A stretch of 64,000 nucleotides of DNA from Clostridia bacterium (GCA_045589295.1 JAZNOU010000005.1:96001-160000), one strand, 5' to 3'; counted from the first letter of the stretch, positions 19,305-31,182 are shown. Numbers and translations are program-made. The notes: generated by a model not told the origin, from the letters alone.

Positions 19305-20999
19305 ATGCCAATATACGAAAAGTACGTCGGTGCTCACCGAGATGATTTCATCTCTCTCGCCGACGCACAGAAAAACTATACACTTACATATCCTGAGGAC
19401 TTTAACTTTGCATATGATGTAATTGATGAACTTGGCACAAACAAGCCTGATAAGCTTGCTATGATTTGGGTTTCCAAAGATGGTGAAGAAAAACGCTTTA
19501 CTTTCCGCGATATGATGATTTATTCAAATAAAGCGGCAAATTATCTTCACTATATGGGAATCAGAAAAGGTGACAAAGTTTTACTAACTCTTAAAAGAAG
19601 CTACTATTTCTGGTTTATAATTTTAGCTCTTCATAAAATTGGTGCTGTTGCAGTTCAGGCAACAAACATGCTTAAAGCAAAGGACTATGTTTACCGCTGT
19701 AATGCCGGCAAAATCAAAGCAGTTGTTATAACCGGCGATGGTCCTGAAACCGAGTATTTTGACGAAGGCGAACCAAATTACGAAACTGTAGAGCTTAAGT
19801 TTGTAACAGGTCACAAAAATGCAGGCGAAAGTTGGATTGACTTTGAAGCAGGCTTTGAAATGGCAAGCGACTCCTGGCAGCGTCCTACCGGTGATGCGGC
19901 TGTTATGGCTGATGATATGATGCTTATGGCATTTTCATCAGGCACATCAGGATATCCTAAAATTATAACCCACAATTTCAAATATCCGCTCGGACACATT
20001 ATGACAGGTGTTTTCTGGCACAGAGTTGTAGATGGTGGTCTTCACTTTACAATTTCTGATACAGGATGGCTTAAATCACTTTGGGGAAAAATTTACGGTC
20101 AATGGTTTGGCGAATCTGCAGTTTTTGTTTATGATTTTGAAAAATTTGATGGTGCTGATATCTTAGAAAAACTTGAAAAATACAAAGTTACAACTTTCTG
20201 TGTTCCGCCTACAATGTATCGAATGATTTTACAAAACGACGTAGAAAAATATGACCTTTCTTCCCTTGCCCATTGTTGTACTGCGGGTGAAGCGTTAAAC
20301 CCTGAAATTTATAACAAGTGGCTTAAAGCGACAGGTCATAAAATTTATGAGGGTTTTGGACAGACCGAAACAACACTTTGCGTTGCTACAATATATCCGT
20401 GGTCAGAACCTGTTCCGGGTGCTATCGGCTACCCTGTTCCAGGCTATGACGTCCACATTTTAGGTGATGATGGTGAATCACTTCCACGTGGTGCTACCGG
20501 TGAAATCAGCATCCGAGTATTAAGCAAAATGAGAAAATCCTGTGGTCTATTAGACTCATACAATTTCAGCAAAGAAGATACATTTAAAGCTCTTCACGAC
20601 GGATTTTACCATACAGGTGATACTGCTTATCGCGATGAAAAAGGAATGTTTAGATATGTCGGCAGAAATGATGATGTCATTAAATCATCAGGATACCGCA
20701 TAGGTCCCTTTGAGATTGAAAGTGTGCTTTTAGAACATCCTTCCGTATCAGAGGTTGCTGTAACAGGTGTTCCTGATAAAATAAGAGGGTTTGCAGTAAA
20801 GGCTACCATTGTTTTATCTAAAGGATACGAAGGTACTGACGAGCTTACAAAGGAACTTCAAAAATATGTTAAGGACAACACTGCTCCTTACAAATACCCA
20901 AGAGTTATTGAATATGTTGAAGCACTTCCAAAAACCTTTAATGGTAAAATAAGAAGAGCTGAAATACGAGATAACGATTCTGAAAAAACTTCGGAGTAA
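19305..20999 (+). CDS. Medium/branched-chain acyl-CoA synthetase
   Basis: FSSGTSGYPK, EGFGQTE, YHTGD, GYRIGPFEIES, PKTFNGK. Confidence 0.9.
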   Translation: MPIYEKYVGAHRDDFISLADAQKNYTLTYPEDFNFAYDVIDELGTNKPDKLAMIWVSKDGEEKRFTFRDMMIYSNKAANYLHYMGIRKGDKVLLTLKRSYYFWFIILALHKIGAVAVQATNMLKAKDYVYRCNAGKIKAVVITGDGPETEYFDEGEPNYETVELKFVTGHKNAGESWIDFEAGFEMASDSWQRPTGDAAVMADDMMLMAFSSGTSGYPKIITHNFKYPLGHIMTGVFWHRVVDGGLHFTISDTGWLKSLWGKIYGQWFGESAVFVYDFEKFDGADILEKLEKYKVTTFCVPPTMYRMILQNDVEKYDLSSLAHCCTAGEALNPEIYNKWLKATGHKIYEGFGQTETTLCVATIYPWSEPVPGAIGYPVPGYDVHILGDDGESLPRGATGEISIRVLSKMRKSCGLLDSYNFSKEDTFKALHDGFYHTGDTAYRDEKGMFRYVGRNDDVIKSSGYRIGPFEIESVLLEHPSVSEVAVTGVPDKIRGFAVKATIVLSKGYEGTDELTKELQKYVKDNTAPYKYPRVIEYVEALPKTFNGKIRRAEIRDNDSEKTSE

Positions 21000-21002
21000 A
21001 TT

Positions 21003-21698
21003 ATGATAAGTAATGAAAATTTTTATGACCGACTTGTAAAATCATTATTCCTGCTTGCAGGAGAGATAATTTTAGACAAAGAGAATACAAGCGTGCGTTT
21101 TTATGATGCCAGAAGCGATTTAAAGCCCGAAGTTTTAAGTCTTGAGGGCTTAAGAAAATTGCTTTCAGAAAAAATCATAACCGACCTTAACGGCATATTA
21201 AAATTGACATACGATGATTTCCATGCGATAAAACGTGCAACCACCTTTGCTTTCAGCGCTCAGACGCGCCCAAGAATTGTGCGACGTTATACCGCGGTAA
21301 TTTACCCCTCGGAAGATAATAACAGATTATACTTTACAGTACGTGAAACTGAAAACACCGAAAATATTATAACATTCCAGCTTAAAAAAAGTTCTGCTAA
21401 CTTTAATATTAATGATATTTTATATATTGGATACGGCAACCACTGTGTGCAGATTCACAAGGCTGATGAATGTATAAATATGTTCAGTATTTCTTTTTCT
21501 GATGCGGCTGACGTTTTCTTAAAACACAAGAATTTTGTAAGAAGCTACAAAAACTGTCTTGTAAATATGGATAAAGTCAAATGCATCGAAAACGATTTGT
21601 TTGTTATGACAAACGGTGAAGTTATTTCAATTCCGAAAAGAAGACTTAAAGAAATCAAAAACATTTACAAAGAATATGTAATATTAAACAATCAATAA
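21003..21698 (+). CDS. LytTR DNA-binding domain protein
   Basis: C-terminal INDILYI, FVRSYKNCLVNMDKV, ISIPKR; no receiver domain. Confidence 0.75.
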   Translation: MISNENFYDRLVKSLFLLAGEIILDKENTSVRFYDARSDLKPEVLSLEGLRKLLSEKIITDLNGILKLTYDDFHAIKRATTFAFSAQTRPRIVRRYTAVIYPSEDNNRLYFTVRETENTENIITFQLKKSSANFNINDILYIGYGNHCVQIHKADECINMFSISFSDAADVFLKHKNFVRSYKNCLVNMDKVKCIENDLFVMTNGEVISIPKRRLKEIKNIYKEYVILNNQ

Positions 21699-21725
21699 AA
21701 AAAGAGAGCATCAGCTCTCTTTTTT
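21697..21725. terminator. Bidirectional intrinsic terminator
   Basis: A-run AGAGAGC-ATCA-GCTCTCT T-run between convergent genes. Confidence 0.8.
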
Positions 21726-23214
21726 ATTGCACTTTTCCGTCTGCATAACCTTCATATTCTTTCATAAAGTCTTCTGCTACTTTACTCATAGAAAGAGCAA
21801 TTGTATTTTCGTCTTTGAAAGCAAATTTTATATAAAGTCTGCCAAAATACTTGTCTATAACCTGAACAAAAACAGCCAGCTGGTTTTCGTGTGTCCAAGC
21901 TCCGCTCGCAGCACAATCGTAATAATTGCCCGGGGCTTCTTGTCCCCCTACCAAGTCCGAATATCCTTCTTGAGGGAACTTTCCAAAAACATTTTCGTTT
22001 ATTCCAAACTTTATCTGCTTTTCTCCTTGTTCGTTTTTATACTCAAAAATTCCTTCTTTTTCATCAAATGTAAGCTTTACATACTCAATTCCCATCGGGT
22101 TTTTGTTAAGAATATAAGTTTTTCCATTGATTTTTTCCTGCATTATTGTTTGTTTGCTGTTCTTCAATGAAAAAAGCTTCAAATTATTACTGTACTCTAA
22201 AAGGTCATTATGTGCTTTCTCATTTTCTTCCAATTCATCATCTTCTACGTTATGTACTAACAGTTCATAAAACAAATCAATGATTGTAGATTTAGCAGTT
22301 TCAATGCCCTGATTATCTGAGTTTATAACAAACACCATATCTTTATCAGGAATCGCAATACCAAACTGGCATCCCAATCCGTTAAAGAAGAAGCTATTTT
22401 CTCTTGTTCTCCATATCAAATAACCATAACCGTAGCTGCCATAGTGAATTGCAACCGAGCTTGTACTTACAAGGTCGCTTGTTGCTGCTTTAACATATTC
22501 TTTGTTTAAAATCTGCTCACCTTGGAAATTCCCCATATTCATTGTAAACTGAACAACTTTTGCAAGGTCAAGCGATGTACATATAACTGCGGAATCTCCC
22601 CATGCATTTCCCCCGGGGCAGTCTAAACAGTAAGCTTCTTTTGACACCCCGATTTTATCAAACATTTTTTCTCTCAAATAGTCCATAAGCTTTTTGCCGG
22701 TCTTTTTCTCAACCAAAGCACCTAATACAAATGAACCCGTGCTGTCATATTCAAATATTGTGCCTGGAATTTTATGAGTTTCTTCATTTTCATTTGAAGA
22801 GTCAAAATACCACTTTACTCTGTCGGGTGCTTTTGCTTCAAACCAGTTCCATGGCACAAGAGGTTTTCCTGTACTCATCATAAGCATATCTCTTATGGTT
22901 TGCATTTTTATTTTTTCATTTGCATTCTTCGTTGTTTCTTTATCAAGACAATCAATAATTTTATCGTCAAGACTGATAAGACCATCTTGCTCCAAAAATC
23001 CTATTGCAAGTCCTACAAAGCTTTTGCTTACTGAATACATTCTGTGAAGAAAGTTTTTGTTAAAAGGTTTCCAATAGGCTTCATAAAACACTTTTCCATG
23101 TCTTAACATAACTATACTATGGGTTGAAAGATTAGCATTTTCAAGTGCTTTTACATATTTTTTTATATCTTCAGACCTTACCCCAACCTTTTCGGGAGTC
23201 ACTTTTTCAAACAT
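21724..23214 (-). CDS. Serine hydrolase, beta-lactamase/penicillin-binding fold
   Basis: YSVSKS (SxxK), FEYDS, YGYGYLIW; ATG 23214 after GAGGGG. Confidence 0.85.
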   Translation of the reverse strand: MFEKVTPEKVGVRSEDIKKYVKALENANLSTHSIVMLRHGKVFYEAYWKPFNKNFLHRMYSVSKSFVGLAIGFLEQDGLISLDDKIIDCLDKETTKNANEKIKMQTIRDMLMMSTGKPLVPWNWFEAKAPDRVKWYFDSSNENEETHKIPGTIFEYDSTGSFVLGALVEKKTGKKLMDYLREKMFDKIGVSKEAYCLDCPGGNAWGDSAVICTSLDLAKVVQFTMNMGNFQGEQILNKEYVKAATSDLVSTSSVAIHYGSYGYGYLIWRTRENSFFFNGLGCQFGIAIPDKDMVFVINSDNQGIETAKSTIIDLFYELLVHNVEDDELEENEKAHNDLLEYSNNLKLFSLKNSKQTIMQEKINGKTYILNKNPMGIEYVKLTFDEKEGIFEYKNEQGEKQIKFGINENVFGKFPQEGYSDLVGGQEAPGNYYDCAASGAWTHENQLAVFVQVIDKYFGRLYIKFAFKDENTIALSMSKVAEDFMKEYEGYADGKVQ

Positions 23215-23299
23215 AATTATCCCCTCTTTCTCTGTCTTTTTGTATTCTAGCATACAAAGTATCTATTGTCAAATATAAATTTTCAATAATTCCTACAAA

Positions 23300-23393
23300 A
23301 ATGCATAATTATTCTATGCAAAACACTTGACAAATGGTAAGTTTTGGTGTATAATATGCAAATATATGAAATATTTTTGCATATTTATTCACA
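23300..23393 (+). promoter_or_regulatory. arg operon promoter with ARG boxes (ArgR/AhrC)
   Basis: TTGACA(23327-32)-17-TATAAT(23350-55); 18-bp boxes at 23355-72 and 23376-93 separated by 3 bp, third box at 23300-17. Confidence 0.85.
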
Positions 23394-23411
23394 ATGAAAG
23401 GGTTTTTATAC

Positions 23412-24344
23412 ATGGCTAAGGTTTTTATTGACGGAAGTGCCGGAACAACGGGCTTAAGAATATACGACAGACTGTCATTAAGAGATGATATTTCTCTTAT
23501 AATTCTCCCCGACGAAATTAGAAAAGATACTTCCGCAAGAAAAGAAGCAATTAACAGTGCAGACATAGTTTTTTTATGTCTTCCAGATGATGCAGCAAGA
23601 GAAGCTGTAACCCTTCTTGAAAACAAAAACACTGTTATAATTGATACTTCTACTGCTCACCGAACAAATCCCGATTGGACGTATGGGTTCCCCGAGCTTA
23701 CCGCAATGAAAGAAAAAATAAAAAACTCAAAGCTTATTGCAAATCCGGGTTGTCACGCAAGCGGATTCATTGCTCTTGTTAAACCTTTGATAGAAAATGG
23801 GGCTTTAGATAAAGATGCTCTTCTTACATGTTTTTCAATCACAGGATACTCAGGTGGCGGCAAGAAAATGATAGCTGAATACGAAACGCCAAATAAAGAC
23901 AAGCTTTTTATGGCTCCAAGACAGTATGGACTTTCACAGATGCATAAACACCTGAAAGAAATGAAAGCAATTACAGGTATTTTAAACGACGCTGCATTTT
24001 GCCCAATTGTTGCTGACTTTTATAGCGGAATGGAAGTTACAATCCCGCTTTTTGCAAAAAACTTAAATGTAGACCTTGCACAAATCAAGGAAATATATAA
24101 AAACTGCTACCACTCAAAAATTGTTCACTATAACGAAGGTGTAGACGAAAACGGATTTTTATCTGCCGCAGCACTATCAGGCAGGGACGATATGCAGATT
24201 TCAGTTTTTGGGAATGATGAACGAATTACTGTTACTGCACGTTATGACAACCTTGGAAAAGGTGCATCAGGATCTGCAATTCAGAATATGAATATTGTTT
24301 TAGGTGTAGATGAAACAACAGGTCTTATTACGGAGGAATATTAA
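23412..24344 (+). CDS. argC: N-acetyl-gamma-glutamyl-phosphate reductase (type 2)
   Basis: FIDGSAGTTG, STAHR, ANPGC, DNLGKGASG. Confidence 0.95.
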   Translation: MAKVFIDGSAGTTGLRIYDRLSLRDDISLIILPDEIRKDTSARKEAINSADIVFLCLPDDAAREAVTLLENKNTVIIDTSTAHRTNPDWTYGFPELTAMKEKIKNSKLIANPGCHASGFIALVKPLIENGALDKDALLTCFSITGYSGGGKKMIAEYETPNKDKLFMAPRQYGLSQMHKHLKEMKAITGILNDAAFCPIVADFYSGMEVTIPLFAKNLNVDLAQIKEIYKNCYHSKIVHYNEGVDENGFLSAAALSGRDDMQISVFGNDERITVTARYDNLGKGASGSAIQNMNIVLGVDETTGLITEEY

Positions 24345-24345
24345 A

Positions 24346-25560
24346 ATGAAAATCATAAACGGCGGTGTTACTGCTGCAAAAGGTTTTACTGCAGGCGGTG
24401 TACATTGCGGAATAAGGAAAAATAAAACAAAAAGAGATTTAGCTCTCATTTTAAGTGAAACAAGAGCTGCAGCTGCAGGGGTTTACACCACAAATCTCGT
24501 AAAGGGAGCTCCGCTTACAGTTACAAAAAATCATTTAGCCGACGGGTACGCTCAGGCAATAATCTGCAATAGCGGTAATGCAAACACTTGTAATGCTGAT
24601 GGTATCGAAGTTGCCGAAAACATGTCCACTCTTATCGCAAATGCGCTCGGCATTTCTGAAAATGATGTAATTGTAGCTTCAACAGGCGTAATCGGACAGC
24701 CTCTCGATATAACTCCTATTAAAGACGGAATTGGTGATTTAGTTTCATCACTTTCTAAAGACGGCTCTGAAAATGCTGCTGAAGGAATTATGACAACAGA
24801 TACTGTAAAAAAAGAAGTTGCAGTAGAGTTTGAAATTGGCGGAAAAGTATGCAAAATTGGCGGCATTGCAAAAGGCAGCGGTATGATACACCCAAATATG
24901 GCAACTATGCTTGTTTTTATCACAACTGACGTTAATATCTCTCCAAAAATGCTTCAGAATGCACTTTCAAATGATATAAAAAGCACTTTTAATATGGTCA
25001 GTGTTGATGGTGATACTTCAACAAACGATATGGTTACAGTTTTAGCTAATGGTATGGCAGAAAACCAGGAAATTGTATCAGAAGGAAAAGATTTTGACGT
25101 ATTTATGGAAGCATTAAATACTGTAACAGTTACGCTCTGCAGAATGATTGCAGGTGATGGCGAGGGTGCTACTAAGCTCTTAGAATGTAATGTTTTTAAT
25201 GCAAACAATGAACAAAACGCAAAAATTGTTGCAAAAAGTGTAATCTGTTCAAGCCTTTTAAAAGCAGCTATGTTTGGGGCTGACGCTAACTGGGGCCGCA
25301 TACTTTGTGCAATAGGTTACAGCGGTGCTGATGTTGACGTTAACAAAATTGATGTTTCATTCAAATCCTTAAAAGGTGAAATTTTAGTTTGCAAAAACGG
25401 AGCAGGCGTTGATTTTTCAGAAGAAAAAGCAAAAGAAATTCTTTTGGAAAAAGAAATCGAAATCAATATTAACTTAAATTCAGGCAATATCAACACTTCT
25501 GCCTGGGGTTGCGATTTAACTTATGACTATGTAAGAATCAACGGTGACTACCGCACCTGA
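24346..25560 (+). CDS. argJ: Ornithine acetyltransferase/N-acetylglutamate synthase
   Basis: NSGNAN, STGVIG, KGSGMIHPNMATML, DGDTSTND, DGEGATK. Confidence 0.96.
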   Translation: MKIINGGVTAAKGFTAGGVHCGIRKNKTKRDLALILSETRAAAAGVYTTNLVKGAPLTVTKNHLADGYAQAIICNSGNANTCNADGIEVAENMSTLIANALGISENDVIVASTGVIGQPLDITPIKDGIGDLVSSLSKDGSENAAEGIMTTDTVKKEVAVEFEIGGKVCKIGGIAKGSGMIHPNMATMLVFITTDVNISPKMLQNALSNDIKSTFNMVSVDGDTSTNDMVTVLANGMAENQEIVSEGKDFDVFMEALNTVTVTLCRMIAGDGEGATKLLECNVFNANNEQNAKIVAKSVICSSLLKAAMFGADANWGRILCAIGYSGADVDVNKIDVSFKSLKGEILVCKNGAGVDFSEEKAKEILLEKEIEININLNSGNINTSAWGCDLTYDYVRINGDYRT

Positions 25561-25575
25561 TATTAGGAGGAAATT

Positions 25576-26451
25576 ATGCTTAAAAATTTTTCTAATGCTC
25601 AAAGAGCAGAAGTTTTAACCCAGGCTCTACCCTACATAAAACGTTACAATGGTAAAGTTGTTGTTGTAAAATACGGCGGAAACGCAATGGTAAATGAACA
25701 GCTAAAGCAACAAGTTATGGAAGATATTGTTCTTTTGTGGCTTATCGGCGTTAAAATTGTTCTTGTTCACGGTGGTGGACCTGAAATCAGCGAAACAATG
25801 GAAAAGCTGGGTAAAAAAGCCGAATTTGTGGACGGGCTGAGAGTTACAGATAAAGAAACCGTTGACATAGTTCAAATGGTGCTTGCCGGCAAGGTTAACA
25901 AAACTTTAGTTAATCTTTTGGAAATGTATGGCGGTAAAGCTATGGGTATTTCAGGTATGGACGGACGTCTTATTGAAGCTAAAGCCAAAAATGAAAAATT
26001 AGGATTTGTCGGCTCTATTACAAACATAAATATCAAGCCTGTTACAGACCTTTTGGAAAAAGGATACATTCCTGTTATCTCAACACTTGGCTGTGACAAA
26101 GATGGAAATACATATAATATTAACGGTGACACCGCAGCAGCTTATATTGCAGGTGCATTAAATGCAAAAAGACTTATTATGATGACCGACATCGCAGGTC
26201 TTTTAAAAGACAAAGACGACCCTTCAACTTTAATTCCAGAAATCACAATCAAAGAATGTGAAAATCTAAAAGAAACCGGTGTGATTTCAGGTGGTATGAT
26301 TCCAAAAATTGATTGCTGTATTGAAGCAATCAACGAAGGTGTTAAAAATGTAATTATTATGGACGGAAGAGTCCCCCACTCTATTTTAATGGAACTTTTA
26401 ACCGATGAGGGTGCGGGAACTATGGTTATAGGAGACCATGAAAATGAGTAA
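25576..26451 (+). CDS. argB: Acetylglutamate kinase
   Basis: VKYGGNAM, VHGGGP, NINGD, GGMIPK. Confidence 0.96.
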   Translation: MLKNFSNAQRAEVLTQALPYIKRYNGKVVVVKYGGNAMVNEQLKQQVMEDIVLLWLIGVKIVLVHGGGPEISETMEKLGKKAEFVDGLRVTDKETVDIVQMVLAGKVNKTLVNLLEMYGGKAMGISGMDGRLIEAKAKNEKLGFVGSITNINIKPVTDLLEKGYIPVISTLGCDKDGNTYNINGDTAAAYIAGALNAKRLIMMTDIAGLLKDKDDPSTLIPEITIKECENLKETGVISGGMIPKIDCCIEAINEGVKNVIIMDGRVPHSILMELLTDEGAGTMVIGDHENE

Positions 26452-27613
26452 CATCACAAACATTGATAAAACTTATGTTGCATCAACCTACGCACGTTTT
26501 CCTGTTGAAATTGTATCGGGAAAAGGTTCAATGGTTTATGACACTTCAGGCAAAGAATATATTGATATGGGTACCGGAATCGGCGTAACAGCTTTCGGTA
26601 TAGCAGATGAAATCTGGGTCAATGCAGTAACTAATCAACTTGGCAAACTTCAACACATGTCAAACCTTTATTATACCGAGCCTTGCGCACTTTTAGCCAA
26701 AGCTCTATGTGAAAAAACAGGAATGAAAAAAGTATTTTTCGGAAACTCAGGCGCTGAAGCAAACGAATGTGCCATTAAAGTTGCAAGAAAGTACGCTCAG
26801 GATAAAAAAGGCAGTGATTATTACACGATTATCACTTTGGAAAAAAGCTTTCACGGAAGAACTTTAACCACCCTTGCCGCAACAGGTCAGGATAATTTTC
26901 ATCAGCTTTTCAACCCTCTTACACCCGGATTTGTCCACACTCCTGCAAATGATATTGAGGCATTAAAAAGCACTGTCAAAAACAATAAAACTGCCGCAAT
27001 TATGATTGAATGCATTCAGGGTGAAGGCGGCGTTGTAGCACTTAATGAAGACTTTATTAAAGGTGTTTATGAAATTTGTCAGAAAGAAGACATTATTTTA
27101 ATAGTCGATGAAGTGCAAACAGGCAACGGCAGATGCGGCAAGCTTTATTCATATATGAATTTTGGCATTACTCCTGATGTTGTTACAACCGCAAAGGGAT
27201 TAGGCGGTGGTCTTCCTCTTGGTGCTTCAATATTAGGTGATAAAGTAAAAGATGTTTTAGGTTTTGGCGACCACGGCTCAACATTTGGCGGAAACCCTGT
27301 CGCTTGTGCAGGTGCACTCAGCATTATAGACCGAATTGATGACACTCTTTTAAACGAAGTCAGTGAAAAAAGCAAATTTATATTTGACAGTTTTAAAAAC
27401 GCCGACGGTGTTGAAAGTGTAAGTGGTATGGGACTTATGATTGGCATAAAAACAAAAAAAGCTGCCAAAGACATTGTAAATAAATGTATCGAAAATGGGG
27501 TTTTGTGTCTTACCGCAAAAGACAAAGTGCGTCTTTTACCTGCGCTTAACATTCCAATGGATGTTTTAAAGCGTGCAGTAGAGGTTATAAAAGACGCTTG
27601 CAAGGAGAACTGA
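26438..27613 (+). CDS. argD: Acetylornithine aminotransferase
   Basis: [38 protein letters not shown]. Confidence 0.95.
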   Translation: MKMSNITNIDKTYVASTYARFPVEIVSGKGSMVYDTSGKEYIDMGTGIGVTAFGIADEIWVNAVTNQLGKLQHMSNLYYTEPCALLAKALCEKTGMKKVFFGNSGAEANECAIKVARKYAQDKKGSDYYTIITLEKSFHGRTLTTLAATGQDNFHQLFNPLTPGFVHTPANDIEALKSTVKNNKTAAIMIECIQGEGGVVALNEDFIKGVYEICQKEDIILIVDEVQTGNGRCGKLYSYMNFGITPDVVTTAKGLGGGLPLGASILGDKVKDVLGFGDHGSTFGGNPVACAGALSIIDRIDDTLLNEVSEKSKFIFDSFKNADGVESVSGMGLMIGIKTKKAAKDIVNKCIENGVLCLTAKDKVRLLPALNIPMDVLKRAVEVIKDACKEN

Positions 27614-27615
27614 TT

Positions 27616-28599
27616 ATGAATTTAAAAGAAAAAAACTTTTTAAAACTTTTGGATTTTACTCCGGAAGAAATTAATTATTTAATTGACTATGCAGCACAGC
27701 TCAAAAAACAGAAAAAAGAGAATGTATCACACAAATTATTCCCAGATAAAAATATTGCTCTTATCTTTGAAAAAACTTCTACAAGAACACGTTGTGCTTT
27801 TGAGGTTGCAGCCTCAGACCTTGGTATGCACCCTGTTTACTTAGACCCTCAAGGCTCTCAAATCGGCAAAAAGGAAAGCATTGCAGACACAGCAAGAGTT
27901 TTAGGCAGAATGTTTGACGGAATTGAGTACCGAGGCTTTGGTCAGGAAATCGTAGAAGAGCTTGCTGAGTTTGCTGGGGTACCTGTGTGGAATGGCCTTA
28001 CGAACGAGTTTCACCCAACTCAGATTTTGGCGGACTTTTTAACGATAAAAGAACATTTTGGTTCTTTAAAAGGCAAAAAACTTGTTTATATGGGCGATGC
28101 AAGATACAATATGGGAAATTCTTTAATGGTTGGATGTGCAAAGATGGGTATGAACTTTGTTGCCTGTGCACCAAAAAAATATTTCCCCGATGATGCGCTT
28201 ATTAACGAATGCCTTGAAGTTGCAAAACAAACAGGTGCAGTCTTAGAATTTATCGAAGACCCAATTGAAGCTACAAAAAATGCAGATGTGATTTACACAG
28301 ATGTGTGGGTTTCAATGGGTGAACCTGCTGAGGTTTGGGAAGAACGTATAAAAGAGCTTTCACCTTACAGAGTAACTATGCAGCTTTTAGAAAATGCAGG
28401 CGAAAACTGCAAGTTTATGCACTGTCTGCCTGCTTTCCATGACTTAAAAACAACTGTTGGTAAAGAAATTTATGAAAAATTCGGTTTGACTTGTATGGAA
28501 GTTACTGATGAAGTGTTTGAAAGTGACAGTTCAATCGTATTTGACGAAGCCGAAAACCGTATGCACACAATAAAAGCTGTTATGGCAGCAACACTTTAA
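27616..28599 (+). CDS. argF: Ornithine carbamoyltransferase
   Basis: [23 protein letters not shown]. Confidence 0.96.
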   Translation: MNLKEKNFLKLLDFTPEEINYLIDYAAQLKKQKKENVSHKLFPDKNIALIFEKTSTRTRCAFEVAASDLGMHPVYLDPQGSQIGKKESIADTARVLGRMFDGIEYRGFGQEIVEELAEFAGVPVWNGLTNEFHPTQILADFLTIKEHFGSLKGKKLVYMGDARYNMGNSLMVGCAKMGMNFVACAPKKYFPDDALINECLEVAKQTGAVLEFIEDPIEATKNADVIYTDVWVSMGEPAEVWEERIKELSPYRVTMQLLENAGENCKFMHCLPAFHDLKTTVGKEIYEKFGLTCMEVTDEVFESDSSIVFDEAENRMHTIKAVMAATL

Positions 28600-28604
28600 A
28601 ATTA

Positions 28605-28638
28605 AATGCAGAAACTTATTGGGTTTCTGCATTTTTTA
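28605..28638 (+). terminator. Intrinsic terminator after arg operon
   Basis: AATGCAGAAAC...GTTTCTGCATT followed by T-run. Confidence 0.8.
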
Positions 28639-28701
28639 TTGATTTTTTTAACGATAAGTGATAAAATATTTTAAAGTTAGTCTTATATAACGGAGGTATT
28701 T

Positions 28702-31122
28702 ATGAAGCAGTATACAATTACGGGCATGAGTTGTGCCGCTTGCAGCAGTCGTGTTGAAAAAGCAGTCTGTACTGTTGATGGTGTTGAACAATGTTCGGTT
28801 AATCTTTTAACAAACACATTATCAGTAGAAGGTACTGCCAAAGATGATGATATAATTGTAGCTGTCATTCACGCAGGATATGGGGCATATCAAAAAGAAG
28901 AAAATATTAAAACAACCCAAAGTGGATCTGATATTTTTTCTTCTTTAAAAGCGCGACTTATTTCATCTTCAATTTTTTTGCTTGTGCTTATGTACATTTC
29001 GATGGGTCATACTATGTGGCATTTCCCGCTTCCCGAATTTCTTGAAAATAACCATTTCCTCCTGGGGTTTTCACAATTGATTTTATCAGCAATTGTCCTT
29101 ATTATAAACAAAAGCTTTTTTATAAATGGTATAAAAGGATTTTGGAATAAATCGCCTAATATGGATAGTTTAGTCGCTTTAGGTGCAGGCGTTTCTTTCG
29201 TCTACAGTGTCGCCGTTTTGTTCTTTGCCAACAATATTCACGACCTTTACTTTGAATCGGCAGCTATGATTTTGGTTTTAATAACAGTAGGAAAATTGCT
29301 TGAAGCCTACTCAAAAGGAAAAACAACTAATGCAATAAACTCCCTTATTAATCTTGCACCACAAACTGCAGTTGTTTTAAAAGACAATAATGAAATTGTT
29401 GTTCCAATTAACGAGCTTAAAGTTAGTGATATATTTGTTGTAAAACCAGGAGAAAGTATTCCTGCAGATGGGATAATAATTGAAGGTTTAACCACAGTTG
29501 ACGAGTCGATGCTAACAGGTGAGAGTATCCCTGTTGATAAAAATATCGGTGACAGCATTTCTGCTGCAACAGTAAATCAGACAGGTTATATAAAAGTTAA
29601 AACTACAGGTGTTGGTAATGATACTTTTTTAGCTCAAATAATAAAAATGGTAAGTGATGCATCAAGCACAAAAGCACCTATTGCTAAAACGGCAGATAAA
29701 GTATCAGGTATTTTTGTTCCAATTATAATTTTAATTGCAATTATAACGGTTATAGGTTGGATGATATTTGGGCAAACATTCGAATTTGCTCTTACAAGAG
29801 GTATTGGCGTTTTAGTGATCAGTTGCCCATGTGCATTGGGACTTGCAACACCGGTCGCTATTATGGTTGGCGGCGGCAAAGGCGCCCAAAACGGGATTCT
29901 TTTTAAAAACGCATCCTCACTCGAATACGCAGGTAAAATTACCGCCGTTGTACTGGACAAAACAGGAACTTTAACCAAAGGAACTCCCTGTGTTACTGAT
30001 ATAATTCCTCACGAATGTGAAGAAAAAGAACTTTTGACACTCGCATACTCACTTGAAAAACAAAGCGAGCACCCACTCGCCCGTGCAATAGTAAGTCACG
30101 CACAAGAAAAGAACGTTACAAGTATTGCGTGCGAAAATTTCAAAACCCTGCCCGGCAACGGACTTGAATGCTATATAAACCAAAAATTAATTCGTGGAGG
30201 AAACTTAAATTTTGTAAGTAAATTCACCTCCATTCCTCCAAATCTGATTACAGAAGCCGAATTTTTAGCTCTAAATGGCAAAACTCCTATGTTTTTCTGT
30301 TCAGATGACAAGTGCATTGGTATCATTGCTGTTGCAGATACATTAAAGGATGACTCCGCGCAGGATATAAAAACATTAAAACAGATGGGACTTTATGTTG
30401 TTATGCTCACAGGTGATAACAAAAAAACTGCTTCTGCTATTGCAAAATCCTTAGATATTGATGATGTTATCGCAGAAGTTTTGCCTGACGGAAAAGCTGA
30501 TGCAATCAAAATTCTTCAAAATAAACACAAAGTTATGATGGTAGGTGATGGAATTAACGACTCACCCGCTCTCACACAAGCAGACATTGGGATTGCAATA
30601 GGAACCGGAACGGATATTGCCATAAATTCTGCTGATGTAGTTTTAATGAGCGGAAGTCTTAAAAATGTGCCTGCAGCAATAACCTTGAGCAGAAAAACTC
30701 TCAAAAATATAAAAGAGAATCTCTTCTGGGCGTTTATTTATAATATAATTTCAATTCCGCTTGCAGCTGGACTTTTTATCATTCCCTTTGGTATAAAATT
30801 AAGTCCAATGATAGGCGCTGCAGCAATGAGTTTGTCCAGTTTTTGTGTTGTCACAAACGCACTTAGATTAAATTTTGTAAAACTATATAAAGAAGATAAG
30901 GAGAAAAAAGCTATGAAAAAAACATTAACAATTCAAGGTATGATGTGCCCTCACTGTGAGGCTGCAGTAAAAAAATGCTTAGAAGCACTCCCCGAAGTTA
31001 TTTCAGCGCACCCTAGCCATGAAACAAAAACAGCAATAGTTGAATTAAACACAGAAGTTGATACAAACTACTTAAAAAAAGCAGTCGAAGATGCAGGCTA
31101 TACCGTTTTGGATGTGAAATAA
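28702..31122 (+). CDS. copA: Copper-translocating P1B-type ATPase with N- and C-terminal HMA domains
   Basis: GMSCAAC, TGES, CPC, DKTGT, HP, GDGIND, YN, MSLSS; C-terminal GMMCPHC. Confidence 0.92.
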   Translation: MKQYTITGMSCAACSSRVEKAVCTVDGVEQCSVNLLTNTLSVEGTAKDDDIIVAVIHAGYGAYQKEENIKTTQSGSDIFSSLKARLISSSIFLLVLMYISMGHTMWHFPLPEFLENNHFLLGFSQLILSAIVLIINKSFFINGIKGFWNKSPNMDSLVALGAGVSFVYSVAVLFFANNIHDLYFESAAMILVLITVGKLLEAYSKGKTTNAINSLINLAPQTAVVLKDNNEIVVPINELKVSDIFVVKPGESIPADGIIIEGLTTVDESMLTGESIPVDKNIGDSISAATVNQTGYIKVKTTGVGNDTFLAQIIKMVSDASSTKAPIAKTADKVSGIFVPIIILIAIITVIGWMIFGQTFEFALTRGIGVLVISCPCALGLATPVAIMVGGGKGAQNGILFKNASSLEYAGKITAVVLDKTGTLTKGTPCVTDIIPHECEEKELLTLAYSLEKQSEHPLARAIVSHAQEKNVTSIACENFKTLPGNGLECYINQKLIRGGNLNFVSKFTSIPPNLITEAEFLALNGKTPMFFCSDDKCIGIIAVADTLKDDSAQDIKTLKQMGLYVVMLTGDNKKTASAIAKSLDIDDVIAEVLPDGKADAIKILQNKHKVMMVGDGINDSPALTQADIGIAIGTGTDIAINSADVVLMSGSLKNVPAAITLSRKTLKNIKENLFWAFIYNIISIPLAAGLFIIPFGIKLSPMIGAAAMSLSSFCVVTNALRLNFVKLYKEDKEKKAMKKTLTIQGMMCPHCEAAVKKCLEALPEVISAHPSHETKTAIVELNTEVDTNYLKKAVEDAGYTVLDVK

Positions 31123-31135
31123 TAATTGCAATATA

Positions 31136-31164
31136 AAAAGGGCGAAATCAAATCGCCCTTTTTA
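31136..31164 (+). terminator. Intrinsic terminator after copA
   Basis: AAAAAGGGCGA...TCGCCCTTTTT. Confidence 0.8.
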
Positions 31165-31182
31165 TTATTTTTTAAAAAACTC

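Noticed and set aside
21724-23214. Beta-lactam resistance gene
   Set aside because: No signal peptide, YDS rather than YxN, no KTG; more like a cytoplasmic esterase/amidase of the same fold.
622-30704. Numerous 60-150 aa antisense ORFs over his, vor, arg and copA genes
   Set aside because: Codon-bias shadows of well-supported genes, without RBS or motifs.
30913-31122. C-terminal HMA domain of CopA as a novel fusion
   Set aside because: CopA with an added C-terminal CopZ-like domain is a familiar architecture in Clostridia.
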